From a virus (Duplodnaviria > Heunggongvirae > Uroviricota > Caudoviricetes): a DNA stretch of 17,290 bases. The notes below the pieces were generated by a model. It saw nothing but the letters and a program-made list of their open reading frames with translations. It did not search any database and had not been told where the DNA came from. The DNA is taken from the IMG/VR virus record IMGVR_UViG_2925450510_000002; one strand, given 5' to 3'. How positions within the stretch are numbered: position 1 is the stretch's first letter; each line of letters begins with the position of its first letter. Both the position numbers and the translations under genes were made by a program. Below, piece by piece: positions 1 through 9,074 of this stretch.

Positions 1-285
1 TCATAAAACTATGGATTGGAGTCTCCAACAACCCTGACTAGCACCATCAGAGCCCCTCCCCATCCCTGCCATCATCCACAGCCTGTTTTCGCTATGGTCA
101 GGCGTCTTATCGACGAAATACGTTTGTTCCCGCGCGATCCAGGAGTTCGCCTCCACCTCGGAGAAGTGGATGCCGCGCAGGCGCAGTGCGGTAACGAAGT
201 CTCGGGTGTGAATGTACTGGAACCCCTTGGAACTGCGCAAAATGGACTCGCGGAAAGCCGCGGCGATGTCTGTCTGTCGAAGCAT
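1..285 (-). CDS. Small SOS-regulated prophage protein (type often found before humD/umuD-like genes); C-terminus possibly extended by a frameshift
   Basis: 94-aa ORF with RBS GGAGG 8 nt before ATG 285 and a LexA box directly upstream. Resembles ~79-aa prophage proteins ending SENRLWM..MGRVL (from memory). Confidence 0.7.
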   Translation of the reverse strand: MLRQTDIAAAFRESILRSSKGFQYIHTRDFVTALRLRGIHFSEVEANSWIAREQTYFVDKTPDHSENRLWMMAGMGRGSDGASQGCWRLQSIVL

Positions 286-303
286 GATCTGCCCTCCAAT
301 TAA

Positions 304-323
304 TGCTGTATTTATATACAGTA
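304..323. promoter_or_regulatory. LexA (SOS) box
   Basis: Minus strand reads TACTGTATATAAATACAGCA: CTG-N10-CAG (306-321) with an AT-rich spacer, close to consensus TACTG(TA)5CAGTA. Confidence 0.88.
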
Positions 324-346
324 GTTTTGTTGGTGGGCAAGGTCAA
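318..346 (-). promoter_or_regulatory. Sigma70 promoter overlapped by the LexA box
   Basis: -35 TTGACC (346-341), 17-bp spacer, -10 TACTGT (323-318) lying inside the SOS box. Confidence 0.65.
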
Positions 347-389
347 TACAAGATGTGGCTATTGGTTACTGTGACAGCGACATAAGTCT

Positions 390-599
390 TTAAGGGGCCT
401 CGTTTTCGCTTTGGGACCAACTCAGCGTATAGCCAGTGCTTACTGATATAACGGCTTGCGCATCATCATTACCGTTTACCAGTAAACTGATGATGTCATC
501 ACGCTCAAACTGGTTCAGTTCATCCCAGATAAATACTTCATGTGAGAATTCTACTTTTGCCCCTGAAACAGTCTCAATCTTAACTGCGATTGTTGTCAT
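390..599 (-). CDS. Hypothetical acidic 69-aa protein
   Basis: ATGA overlap with the upstream gene stop and RBS GAGGGGAG, which indicates translational coupling. Confidence 0.7.
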   Translation of the reverse strand: MTTIAVKIETVSGAKVEFSHEVFIWDELNQFERDDIISLLVNGNDDAQAVISVSTGYTLSWSQSENEAP

Positions 600-1327
600 A
601 CCGTCTCCCCTCTTCCGGTCATGATACTAGTTCCCAGGGCTATGGCATTTGTGATATCTCCTGCGGAGAACTCATTACCCCATGCACCAAAGAACCCAAT
701 GTCGCCTTTGAGCATCGAGGATCCTGCGGCACTTGCACCGAGCATGAGAGGACTGCCAGCAACGTTAGCCAGATAGCCCGTTGGGCTAGCAGCAATTGCG
801 GTTCCATCAGACAAAGTTAATTTGTGATTGCGGTTAGGGGAAATGACACCACAGGCCACATACCATTTGTCAGCAACGATGGTTTGTCCGGTTGCGTAGT
901 AAATACCCATTGAGCCATCAGGCCACGCAACACGCAGCTCCAGGCGCTGCCCGGTGGGGTTGTATGTGATGGCAAAGCCGTGACCGGAGCCGACGGTAAG
1001 ATCTCGACAGTCCAGAACGTACTGGAATGTGTCGATGGCACTGAAACGGAAAGCCGTCAGGAAAGATAGTCCCGCAAGTCCAGCCTCCGTAAAGTCTGTT
1101 TGACTACCTGCAGTACCTTGAAACTGCAGTCCATATGGTTTCAGCTTCTGAACGCCCTGCTGCACGCTAAATCCGTGCCGCGAGTTATCGAGAGGCGTCA
1201 ACAGGTCGTAAGCGACCTTCGGATTACTGATTGCCGATAGCGGAGAAGCTACAGGCTCAAAGTGCTGCTTGCTCCAGTCGGTGATGATACCGTCCGAGTT
1301 GAGCAGAATACGTGTTCCATTAGACAT
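596..1327 (-). CDS. LamG/concanavalin A-like jelly-roll (putative carbohydrate-binding) tail accessory protein
   Basis: 243 aa with RBS GAGGAG. Beta-sandwich pattern GFAITY..LELRV..ADKWYVACGV..KLTLSDG..SPLMLGA..LKGDIGFFGAW resembles Laminin_G_3 domains. Lies directly after the tailspike. Confidence 0.65.
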   Translation of the reverse strand: MSNGTRILLNSDGIITDWSKQHFEPVASPLSAISNPKVAYDLLTPLDNSRHGFSVQQGVQKLKPYGLQFQGTAGSQTDFTEAGLAGLSFLTAFRFSAIDTFQYVLDCRDLTVGSGHGFAITYNPTGQRLELRVAWPDGSMGIYYATGQTIVADKWYVACGVISPNRNHKLTLSDGTAIAASPTGYLANVAGSPLMLGASAAGSSMLKGDIGFFGAWGNEFSAGDITNAIALGTSIMTGRGETV

Positions 1328-1337
1328 TTGTTACTCC

Positions 1338-4300
1338 TCAAATAAACGCATTTGCAGGGAGGTTAGGCGCTTTGGCGCTATCACCGATCATCTCATTTCC
1401 AGAACCGCGTAAGGTTCCAGTATAGGTTGCGCCGTTCGTCGGATTCAGCCACGAACAGCCAGTAACCAGTGTTTTATCTGCTGCAAAATAGACCACGCCT
1501 GACGCATCAGGTATCAGCTCAATATCAGCACCGGTGACCCGGCAGCGGTTGCCATTGCCGTTGGTGTAGACCCGCGCCAGCTTGCCGCCATGAATATCGA
1601 CAACAGCTTTTGCGCCAGGAGTATGGATAATTGCCGGGATGCAATTATCCAGGGTAATCCGCGGTATCCAGCTGTAATCACTGTTCAGGTAATCAGTGGT
1701 CCAGTTTGCCGCGTCTCCCGGAATATCGACGGTCTGGGCTGCGGCCAGCTCGATGGACGGATTGTTGATAACGCTGTGCAGGTTGCGCAGTGTGATCCGG
1801 GCGTTCGTCCCGTCGCTGCCCTTTTTGTTGCGTGAGCCCACAGTGTTCTGATACAGGTCGGCAGGCAATTTGATGCCGCACATGACAGCGTTCTGTATTG
1901 GCTGGACGTTAATAGCCGTCATTCCATCAACGGTGATATTGTCGGGTAGCAGCGTTTTACGTCCGGTTACCGCGTAGTCGGTAAACTGAGAACGTAAGGC
2001 CGTAACAGCGCAGAACTCAAAATTGTCATTCGGTCTTCCGGTCTGGATGCCGGCGAGATCAAACACTATATTGCGGATGGTGATGGTAGGCGGTAGTTTG
2101 CTGTCGATGCCCTGATCAAGAGAGTTGGCCGAATCGATAATTCTGACAAGGTCAAATGACCGGGTCGTGTTGTACCATGCTGGTAGCCCTCTGTCCCACA
2201 TCACCGTGACACCATCAATATTGAGAATGCCATCGCAGTCACTGGCATAGTCCTGCCTCATGCCGATGGCGTAGTTAAGGAAATACTCCACTGCATCGCC
2301 ACTGGTGCGGGTGATATACAGACGAAGTTTCTCTATCGACCACTCATTACCTCCCTGCAGGTTAATTTGCCTGCCTTTCACAGTCAGATCTTTGAAGAAA
2401 ACATCGTACCCGAAGCTGTGGAAATCAACGCGGTTAAACGTATTTCTGTTGCCGTATAAACCCTTTATTCCGTGATGCCCCTGAAATCCCCAGCCATGCA
2501 GTCCGTAATAGTTATCGATATGCACGTTGCAGGTATCTCGAATGCAGATGACATATGAGCCGTTCTCCGCCGGGTGACAGGTGGTTTCTCCGTATTCGCA
2601 AAAGACGTCAAAGACTTCGCGAGCAGAAATAACCACGCGGCTTTCGAGACTTGTTGAAGCTGTTTGCCACGACGTATGCACCAGATTTTTAATGCGCACC
2701 ATCGGCCTGGAAACTTCGATATTCAGGAATCGACGACTGTCGCCCAGCTCAATAAAATGCGGGCATTCAAATTCCAGAAAATCATCTTCTTTCGGGATAA
2801 TCGCAGCGTAGCCAATTGAGCCGGTCGGAATATCTTTCACAATCCGTTCCGTCAGCGCGCCATTTCTACCAATACGGGAGAAATCGCGGTATAAAACCCG
2901 GTCACGAGGGTTATCCCTGTTTCCGTTTCGGTAAATCTCCACTTCATTAGAAAGCGCATAGAACATCCCGCCGTAATAAGGATACAGTTTCGGATACGGC
3001 AAATAGTTAGAGCCTTTTTTCAGGTACTGAGAGTAACTGGTGTTGAACGTAGCCAGCTCAGCAGGAGTGAGTTCAATACGTTCTTTCCCCTTGATATTGA
3101 ACATACGTTTTGGCTCAGGCGCTGTAGGATCAAGCAGTCGCAGTGGTCCCCAGCGGATTTCGTTAACACCTGAGTCAGCGGAGGTAAAAATTATCGACCC
3201 TCCGAGTGACGTTTTTGTCCGAACCTCTGCTTCATGGTCAACTAATACCAGGAAGGCACCATCATTCTGACGAACCGGGATATTGAGCAGGTTCGCATAA
3301 CGATGAGCATTCTGGATAGCGGCATCGGCAGCTTCAACACCAGACAGGTATGCTATCGCGGATGAACGGTTGCCCATCGCCAGGGCGACCTGCACAGCAA
3401 GGAGCGTAGCACCTGGAACACGGGGGGCCATAAACATGTCATAGCTGACAAATTCCGCCTGGCGATACCAGCGGCGTCCCAGCACATCGACCAGTATCCC
3501 GCCCGGTATTTCCCCGGAGGTCGTATCATCCGGGTTGACCACGACCTGCCGGCGATACGCTGGCCGACGACGTCGCGCACAGTTGCTGTGCCCGTGTAGT
3601 TGCGGATTGAGTCATAGTCCGCTGCCGTATCGCCCGGCTCAATCGAGCCGCCACCGCTGCCGCCCTCACCGAAACCGATCATCGTGCCGTCATTCCGTTG
3701 ACCACACATCACCAGACCATTTCGATAGTAGATGACAAAACGCCATCCATCCGGCGGATTGTTATCAATGATGCTGCCGCCAAACTCTAACCCGGCATCT
3801 GAAGAATAGAGCTTCTGAAATTCATCAGCATACAGTCGCCCGTCTTTGTAGCCGAACGGTGAAAGACCATTTTTAAACACCACTGAAAATGGGTTTTCGC
3901 CCTGGCTGTCTATTAATCCCCTCACTGAATCTACAGCCTGACTGGACGGCATTTTTCGCCCGGTAGGCTGCAGCGTCCCGCCAACATTCATGACTTCGAT
4001 CGCGAGCGCGCTGTCGTCCGGGCTGCGGTAATACGTGGTGCTACCCTCGGGGTTATTCGCAATATCCGCTTGTGCCGCCGCCAGCGTCATGTACTGCCGG
4101 CTGAGAGGGATCAGGTTCTGGCGGGCTTCCTCAACTACAGCATCCCTTTCTTTTTGTGAGGTTTCAAAGTCTTCTTGCTGCTGCGTTAGCTGGTTGTCCG
4201 CCTTAACATTAACGCCACGCAAAGTATCTAACTGTTCGCCTGTGCGTGTGGTAATGGTCTCTTCGCTGCTATTAACGAACTTGTCAATAGACTGCATATT

Positions 4301-4360
4301 ATCCCATGCATCAGGCATGGATGCAGACGGCACAGGATTGCCGGTATCGTATTCACTCAT
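1338..4360 (-). pseudogene. Tailspike / putative capsule depolymerase (~1007 aa if restored), split by a 1-nt deletion at ~3544
   Basis: ORF 3353..4360 has the prophage spike anchor (MSEYDTGNPVPSASMPDAWDN). ORF 1338..3542 continues with DDTTS..GGILVDVLGRRWYR and beta-helix-like repeats. Adding one T (AGG TTC GTG) gives ..IAGRFVVNPDDTTS.. and a 3024-nt frame. Confidence 0.85.
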
Positions 4361-4372
4361 GGTCGCCCCAAT

Positions 4373-4395
4373 AAAAAAACCGGCATATGCCGGTT
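4373..4395 (-). terminator. Intrinsic terminator between the fibre module and the tailspike
   Basis: Minus strand AACCGGC-ATAT-GCCGGTT continuing into a T7 tract. Confidence 0.8.
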
Positions 4396-4415
4396 GATTG
4401 GTAATTTACATGCAC

Positions 4416-4613
4416 TTAGATGATGTTATTTATTTTTGAGAACTCTTTGTCGTCATAGAATAAACCATCATCTTTGTTATAAAACATTCCTGGCTGGCAA
4501 AATATGTTTTCTTGATATTCCACAAGGTCTGCACCAGCGTACTCATAACCATTTTCTGCAATAATTATATTGATGACTATCCCGTTTTCAATGACCGCAT
4601 AATTTCCTGCCAT
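4416..4613 (-). CDS. Small (65 aa) fibre-associated protein, possibly assembly/chaperone
   Basis: TAATG overlap with the fibre gene. Motifs YAVIENGIVINII and G.FY.. are typical of small partners of glycine-rich fibres. AT-rich (~35% GC by hand count of part). Confidence 0.7.
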   Translation of the reverse strand: MAGNYAVIENGIVINIIIAENGYEYAGADLVEYQENIFCQPGMFYNKDDGLFYDDKEFSKINNII

Positions 4614-5479
4614 TATGCCAGCTCCTCAATGATAACGTAGCCATTAGCCCCTTTCCCTGACGCCCTGGCCACTGAATCATACGATGCACCAGCACCGCCG
4701 CCACCGGGAAAGAAACCATCATCTCCAGATGTACTGACGTGAGGAAGACCACCATAACTGCTGTGAGACGCTCCACCCACACCGCCCAAGGCGCCGACCG
4801 CCCCCTGGCCACCTTGCCCGACCACTGAAAAAATAGTCCCTACAGAGGGCGCGCCGGGAGTACCTCCAGCAGAATTACCCGTTGAATTGCCGCCCTTCCC
4901 ACCGCCTGCAGAAATGCCAAGATCAACAATGGTAGTATCACCACCATCGCCACCGTTTCCGGAATTTCCTGCCACAACAGCAGCGCCACCAGCACCGATA
5001 ACAATATTTGCTCCAGTGATGCTACTTACATCATACAAGCCCTCTACATAAGCCCCACCTGCGCCACTTGATGCCCCCGTCCCTGCTGTGTCCGTTCCCT
5101 TCCCACCCCCGCCTGCACCCCATGCCTTGATTCTGACTTTTTTAGTGCCAGCAGTTTTTACCCATGCTCCGCTAGCGGTAAAAACCTGAATGCGGAGCAG
5201 GCGTCCTTCTGCCTGATTATTAAGTGCGGACTTGAGAATATTTAGTAACGTGGCAATGTTTCCATTATCCAGGACATCGCTTCCTGTGCTATCCGCCATG
5301 AATTGCGCAAGGACGGCAGCAATTGTAGAGGATTGCCGTAGTGCTTTATTTACTTGTGCTGACGAGGCTTTGCCGGAAAGAAATCCTGATGCCAGTGCAG
5401 ATAGCGCTTCATAATCAGCCTGTGATAATACGTTTGCCCCGCTACCAGTAGCGAAGGGTTTAAAATCGTTAGTCGCCAT
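4613..5479 (-). CDS. Short tail fibre with glycine-rich C-terminal domain (288 aa)
   Basis: Start placed at ATG 5479 (TAATG overlap with DUF2612). Baseplate-anchor N-terminus MATNDFKPFA..SAQVNKALRQ, followed by many GxGG motifs (WGAGGGG, GNGGDGG, GGGGAG, GANGYVIIEE). Confidence 0.8.
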   Translation of the reverse strand: MATNDFKPFATGSGANVLSQADYEALSALASGFLSGKASSAQVNKALRQSSTIAAVLAQFMADSTGSDVLDNGNIATLLNILKSALNNQAEGRLLRIQVFTASGAWVKTAGTKKVRIKAWGAGGGGKGTDTAGTGASSGAGGAYVEGLYDVSSITGANIVIGAGGAAVVAGNSGNGGDGGDTTIVDLGISAGGGKGGNSTGNSAGGTPGAPSVGTIFSVVGQGGQGAVGALGGVGGASHSSYGGLPHVSTSGDDGFFPGGGGAGASYDSVARASGKGANGYVIIEELA

Positions 5480-6252
5480 TAAAATCTCTCTCCCCATGAC
5501 CCGCGGTCGAAACCAGCGATATAGTCATTTTCGATATCGAAGCCAAAAAACTGATAACCATCACTGACGGTCTCTATTTCACGGACACGAACTCCGGCGG
5601 CCTTAACCGTCATATAACCGTTTTGAATAGCCCACCATAGTTCGCTGTTAACCTGGTCAATTGGGTTAATGTCATAGCGCGATGGTACGTAACCTGCCGG
5701 TAATGCGATAAAGGGGCCTTTATTGACGGCGCTATCCAGAATTAACCGGTCTATTTCACTTAGGGCTACCGATGGGTCACCGAGTATCCAGATAGAAATC
5801 GACATATCCTGGTTGTCGACAATAGCCATTCGGATCCCGGACCCGGCAAGGGCGGTATCAAGAATTGGAGGAAGCGAGTCGTTCTGTCCATCCCAGTTGT
5901 TTATCGCCACTTTCACCTTCAGCATTAGCCGATATATTTCATCGCTTAGATCGATAAAACCGTCGTTTGGGTCATATGGGCCCTGCCAGACCCCCTGGTC
6001 CCAGCCAACCCGCTCGGTGTCCCACGAAAAATAAATCCCGGTTACCGGTGTGGCTACGCGCCGGGAGCGCCCAACCCATTCACCCACAACGTCGAGTTGC
6101 ACGCCTACGGCGGTATCAATATCAAAATCGGGTATTAGCCGTGACATGGCATCGGAAACATCACTCAGTGGCCTGGTGGATAGGTCGACGTGGGCAAAGA
6201 ACTTTGGTTTACCGGCGTGGTAGTTTGTTATGCGGTCAGTGTATCTGCTCAT
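5479..6252 (-). CDS. DUF2612-family baseplate wedge protein
   Basis: Motifs FDIDTAVGVQLD..G.WVG, LSDEIYRLMLKVK..INNWDG and FFGFD. Located directly after baseplate J. Confidence 0.85.
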   Translation of the reverse strand: MSRYTDRITNYHAGKPKFFAHVDLSTRPLSDVSDAMSRLIPDFDIDTAVGVQLDVVGEWVGRSRRVATPVTGIYFSWDTERVGWDQGVWQGPYDPNDGFIDLSDEIYRLMLKVKVAINNWDGQNDSLPPILDTALAGSGIRMAIVDNQDMSISIWILGDPSVALSEIDRLILDSAVNKGPFIALPAGYVPSRYDINPIDQVNSELWWAIQNGYMTVKAAGVRVREIETVSDGYQFFGFDIENDYIAGFDRGSWGERF

Positions 6253-7445
6253 GAGACCACCAGATTAATATTGCTGACGGCGCAGGATGCTGACTGGTCA
6301 AAGGCAATATCCACGTTTGCCGCGGCTACGCCACCGGCAGACGTCCCGATCAGCAACTCGGTAATGTCGTAATACCTGGCATTACCACCACTGACAACAC
6401 CAAGGTTAGCCGGTGAGTAAACGCGACTGAGAAGAACGCTGGCGCCGATTGCCAGTGAGTTAATGTAGGCAGATACAGCCGCCTTTATCTCTTCGCCAAC
6501 CTGGGATGTGTAGCCCGTAAGAGGTTCGATAGTGATTTTGACGTAAATGGGTACATCGACCGGCCTTGAAAAACCTACCGAGTGAGGGTTTCCGTACTTA
6601 TCAGGCACAACAATCACCGTACTACCGTAGGGTGTTACGCCCTGCCCTTTCACACCACGAATGCTGTTTGCAATGACCGTCGCATCACCACCTTCTACAA
6701 TGGCGGCGATTGAGTGCGGAGGCAGGCCATTTGCATCAGTGGTATCTGTATCGTTCTCATACAGCTTGTGTCGCGTTACGCCGCTGATATTTGCTATCGC
6801 GCCATCTACCGCCTCAAACGGCGTCAGAGACGGTAAAGCAACGCTCTGTGATTGCCGGACACGCAATTCAGCATTTGTTTCGGCAGCAACGCCTACCGTA
6901 GCCGCTTGCGGGTTAGTTACTGATACCCAACCACGTGTCGGGGTGTTTATCTTATTGACTGACCCGGCAGGGGCGGCCACAGCACCAGCAACAGAACACG
7001 TCGCTGTAGCAATAACCGTCCCATCAATACCAATTGTCACCTGAGCAGGAAGATTCCAGATGATACCGTTGGCATCTTTCACAGACCCGTTTGTGATCAA
7101 CGTTCCGGCCTCACCTTCGATCAGCTCATCTACCGTAGAGTTTGTCGCAGCACGGCGAGTGATGCCGTTAATTTTGACGTTACTGGTTAATGCATCGTCC
7201 AGCGCCGTCGACGGAGAAAATGACCGGTAAACGGAAATGGCCGTGTTGTTGGCATCGTGAATGGCCAGAGCCACCAGAGCGACCATCTGGCCGTCTTTGC
7301 TGTCCGGGTCAAGATAGGCATCACTGCCATAAATCTGCTGAAAATAACCAGTGATGGTGTCCAGAACGGTCTGGTAGTCGGGCGCACTTATCCCCTCAGC
7401 GGTTACCGTTGCCGATAAGCCGAGCGTGTCGAGGTCCAAAGACAT
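6249..7445 (-). CDS. Baseplate J/gp47-family wedge protein
   Basis: 398 aa with motifs DPDSKDGQ, NGITRRAAT, GVAAETNAELRVRQ and YENDT. Canonical position. Confidence 0.9.
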   Translation of the reverse strand: MSLDLDTLGLSATVTAEGISAPDYQTVLDTITGYFQQIYGSDAYLDPDSKDGQMVALVALAIHDANNTAISVYRSFSPSTALDDALTSNVKINGITRRAATNSTVDELIEGEAGTLITNGSVKDANGIIWNLPAQVTIGIDGTVIATATCSVAGAVAAPAGSVNKINTPTRGWVSVTNPQAATVGVAAETNAELRVRQSQSVALPSLTPFEAVDGAIANISGVTRHKLYENDTDTTDANGLPPHSIAAIVEGGDATVIANSIRGVKGQGVTPYGSTVIVVPDKYGNPHSVGFSRPVDVPIYVKITIEPLTGYTSQVGEEIKAAVSAYINSLAIGASVLLSRVYSPANLGVVSGGNARYYDITELLIGTSAGGVAAANVDIAFDQSASCAVSNINLVVS

Positions 7446-7798
7446 TACGCCTCCGAAGTTACTGTGGTTGTCCCGTAGATGGTTTCCACCGTCGCAGTGA
7501 ACGTTACACGGCGCGTGGTACCGTCAACAGTGGTATTAAATGCAGTGATTGAGCTAACCCCCTGCGTTTCGAGGATCCGCTTACGGATAGCGAGGTTGTA
7601 GGTATCCGGCTTTTGCTTACCCAGAACGGACTGAATCCATGGCGTACCTTCTGTGGTGTCCAGAAACCACTGTCCGTACCAAAGCAGAAAGCGAGTTTTT
7701 ATGGCCTGCGCGACAGCCTCGGGGGAGTTAACCAGCCAGGTATCATCGCCCTGACCGAAGGTGTAATCCCCATCGTCATCTTCTCGACGGTATCGCAT
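7445..7798 (-). CDS. Baseplate wedge / sheath initiator (gp25/W-like), 117 aa
   Basis: Start at ATG 7798 with RBS GGAGGA. Motifs AVAQAIKTRF..GQWFLD..EG.PW and RILETQGVSSI. Confidence 0.75.
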   Translation of the reverse strand: MRYRREDDDGDYTFGQGDDTWLVNSPEAVAQAIKTRFLLWYGQWFLDTTEGTPWIQSVLGKQKPDTYNLAIRKRILETQGVSSITAFNTTVDGTTRRVTFTATVETIYGTTTVTSEA

Positions 7799-7799
7799 A

Positions 7800-8453
7800 T
7801 CATCCTCCGAGTGGTGCTGTACTGCTGCCACCAGGTTCAACGCCACCATGCGTATGCTTATCAACGATTGAGCCATCCACCAGCTGCAGGCGGCCGTCCG
7901 AAAGAATTTTAAGCCCGTTCAGGTTAAAACCTCCCGGCGCCGTGCCGTTGATAGCTCCGCTGGCAGGATTAAGGCTCAACTTTGTTTCCCCGTCATCGCT
8001 GCGCAGCTCTACCGCACTGGTGCTGATACCGCCGATTTTTTTCGCCTGAGACTGAGGGCCGACAATGCAGAAGGCATCCGACAAATCATGCATGCGCTCG
8101 TCTACTGGCTCCTGAATACCTCCACTTTGCCACCAGAAATCGATACAGCGGTCTGCAAAGATAACAAGGCATTCATCACCAGGCTTAACAGGAAAAGTCA
8201 GCGTACAGCCTCCGCCACGAGGGAAAACGACAGGAACGTCCACCAGCAGTGGGAGGTTTACCGATACCTGGGCGCCGGATTCGTCCTTCTCTGCGCCTTT
8301 AATGGCTGGCTGAACAACAGCGGTGACAGCATCCGGATCAAACGACTGAATGATGCCAGGCATGGAGACGCGCATTGCAGACATGATCGCCTGCGCCAGT
8401 TGTGCGTCTGCCTGCTCTTTACTGCCGAGCTGGGAGTTTAGTGCTACGGGCAT
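7800..8453 (-). CDS. Central baseplate spike (Gp138/gpV-like)
   Basis: OB-fold-type N-terminus (MPGIIQSFDP..VQP, PVKPGDECLVIFADRCID, RMHDLSDA) and C-terminal HxH metal-binding tip KHTHGGV. Confidence 0.85.
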   Translation of the reverse strand: MPVALNSQLGSKEQADAQLAQAIMSAMRVSMPGIIQSFDPDAVTAVVQPAIKGAEKDESGAQVSVNLPLLVDVPVVFPRGGGCTLTFPVKPGDECLVIFADRCIDFWWQSGGIQEPVDERMHDLSDAFCIVGPQSQAKKIGGISTSAVELRSDDGETKLSLNPASGAINGTAPGGFNLNGLKILSDGRLQLVDGSIVDKHTHGGVEPGGSSTAPLGG

Positions 8454-8471
8454 TTGGTTTACTCCGGCATT

Positions 8472-8493
8472 AAAAAACCCGCCGGAGCGGGCT
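8472..8493 (-). terminator. Intrinsic terminator closing the accessory protease cassette
   Basis: Minus strand AGCCCGC-TCCG-GCGGG followed by TTTTTT, 13 nt after the stop at 8507. Confidence 0.8.
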
Positions 8494-8506
8494 TCTTAAC
8501 TATAAG

Positions 8507-9073
8507 CTAATAAGAAGGGAGTCTTATCTTACTTTCTATGAACAAGGTTTTGAGAGTATCAGGAGTTATCTCTATAACATCACCGATGTTCAAAGCTTTA
8601 TCTTTTGCATAATTTCCAACAGAATCAAGGAAGTCATGATGCATTCTGACTAACAATTTAACGTCGTTCACAATAGGATTAAATTCGTACTCCCAATCAC
8701 CTTTACTCTCAAGGCAATTATAATAAAAGAAATATATCTCTTCGGCTTTCCAAAAATCAGAATACGCACCACCTGTGCGCCCCATCTCACGCCCTATTCT
8801 TTCATAGTCAAAATTATATCCATCATAACCATCAGCATATGCACCACAATAGAGCACCTTAACTCTGCCACGAGCGTAATCTCTGACATCACATATAGTC
8901 TCTAAATTTACTTTATAGGCGCATAACGCATAGCCATAATGACTATTTTCCGAGCTGGGAACTTTTAGTTCAATTTTTTTTGGATCCCATCCCAAGATGT
9001 AGGCTGCAAGCCAATGACCAGCCTCATGCCTTGCTATCCGGTAAACTGCTTTCTTGTAGTCGTAAGCGTTCAT
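8507..9073 (-). CDS. Stand-alone FtsH-type (peptidase M41-like) zinc metalloprotease domain; moron
   Basis: ARHEAGH (FtsH AYHEAGH), VKVLYCGAYAD (FtsH ISTLYGGRLAE) and TGGAYSDFWKA (FtsH TGASNDIKVA, third Zn ligand Asp). No AAA+ or TM part. Strong RBS AGGAGGGG. About 38% GC by hand count (208/540). Confidence 0.8.
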   Translation of the reverse strand: MNAYDYKKAVYRIARHEAGHWLAAYILGWDPKKIELKVPSSENSHYGYALCAYKVNLETICDVRDYARGRVKVLYCGAYADGYDGYNFDYERIGREMGRTGGAYSDFWKAEEIYFFYYNCLESKGDWEYEFNPIVNDVKLLVRMHHDFLDSVGNYAKDKALNIGDVIEITPDTLKTLFIESKIRLPSY

Positions 9074-9074
9074 T

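Noticed and set aside
16-46. TTGGAG-T-CTCCAA palindrome and a GCACCA end suggesting a tRNA 3' fragment or att site
   Set aside because: No TTCGA T-loop or acceptor-stem pairing, and no second copy in the window to define an att core.
107-346. 79-aa minus-strand ORF
   Set aside because: Its TTG start is the -35 box, it crosses the LexA site, and it overlaps the better-supported gene starting at 285.
3545-3615. Programmed -1 frameshift as the explanation for the split spike
   Set aside because: No XXXYYYZ heptamer in the stretch where both frames are open, and a single missing T restores the motif exactly.
596-5479. Diversity-generating retroelement or invertible tail-fibre shufflon
   Set aside because: No reverse transcriptase, recombinase, template/variable repeat pair or inverted crossover sites seen.
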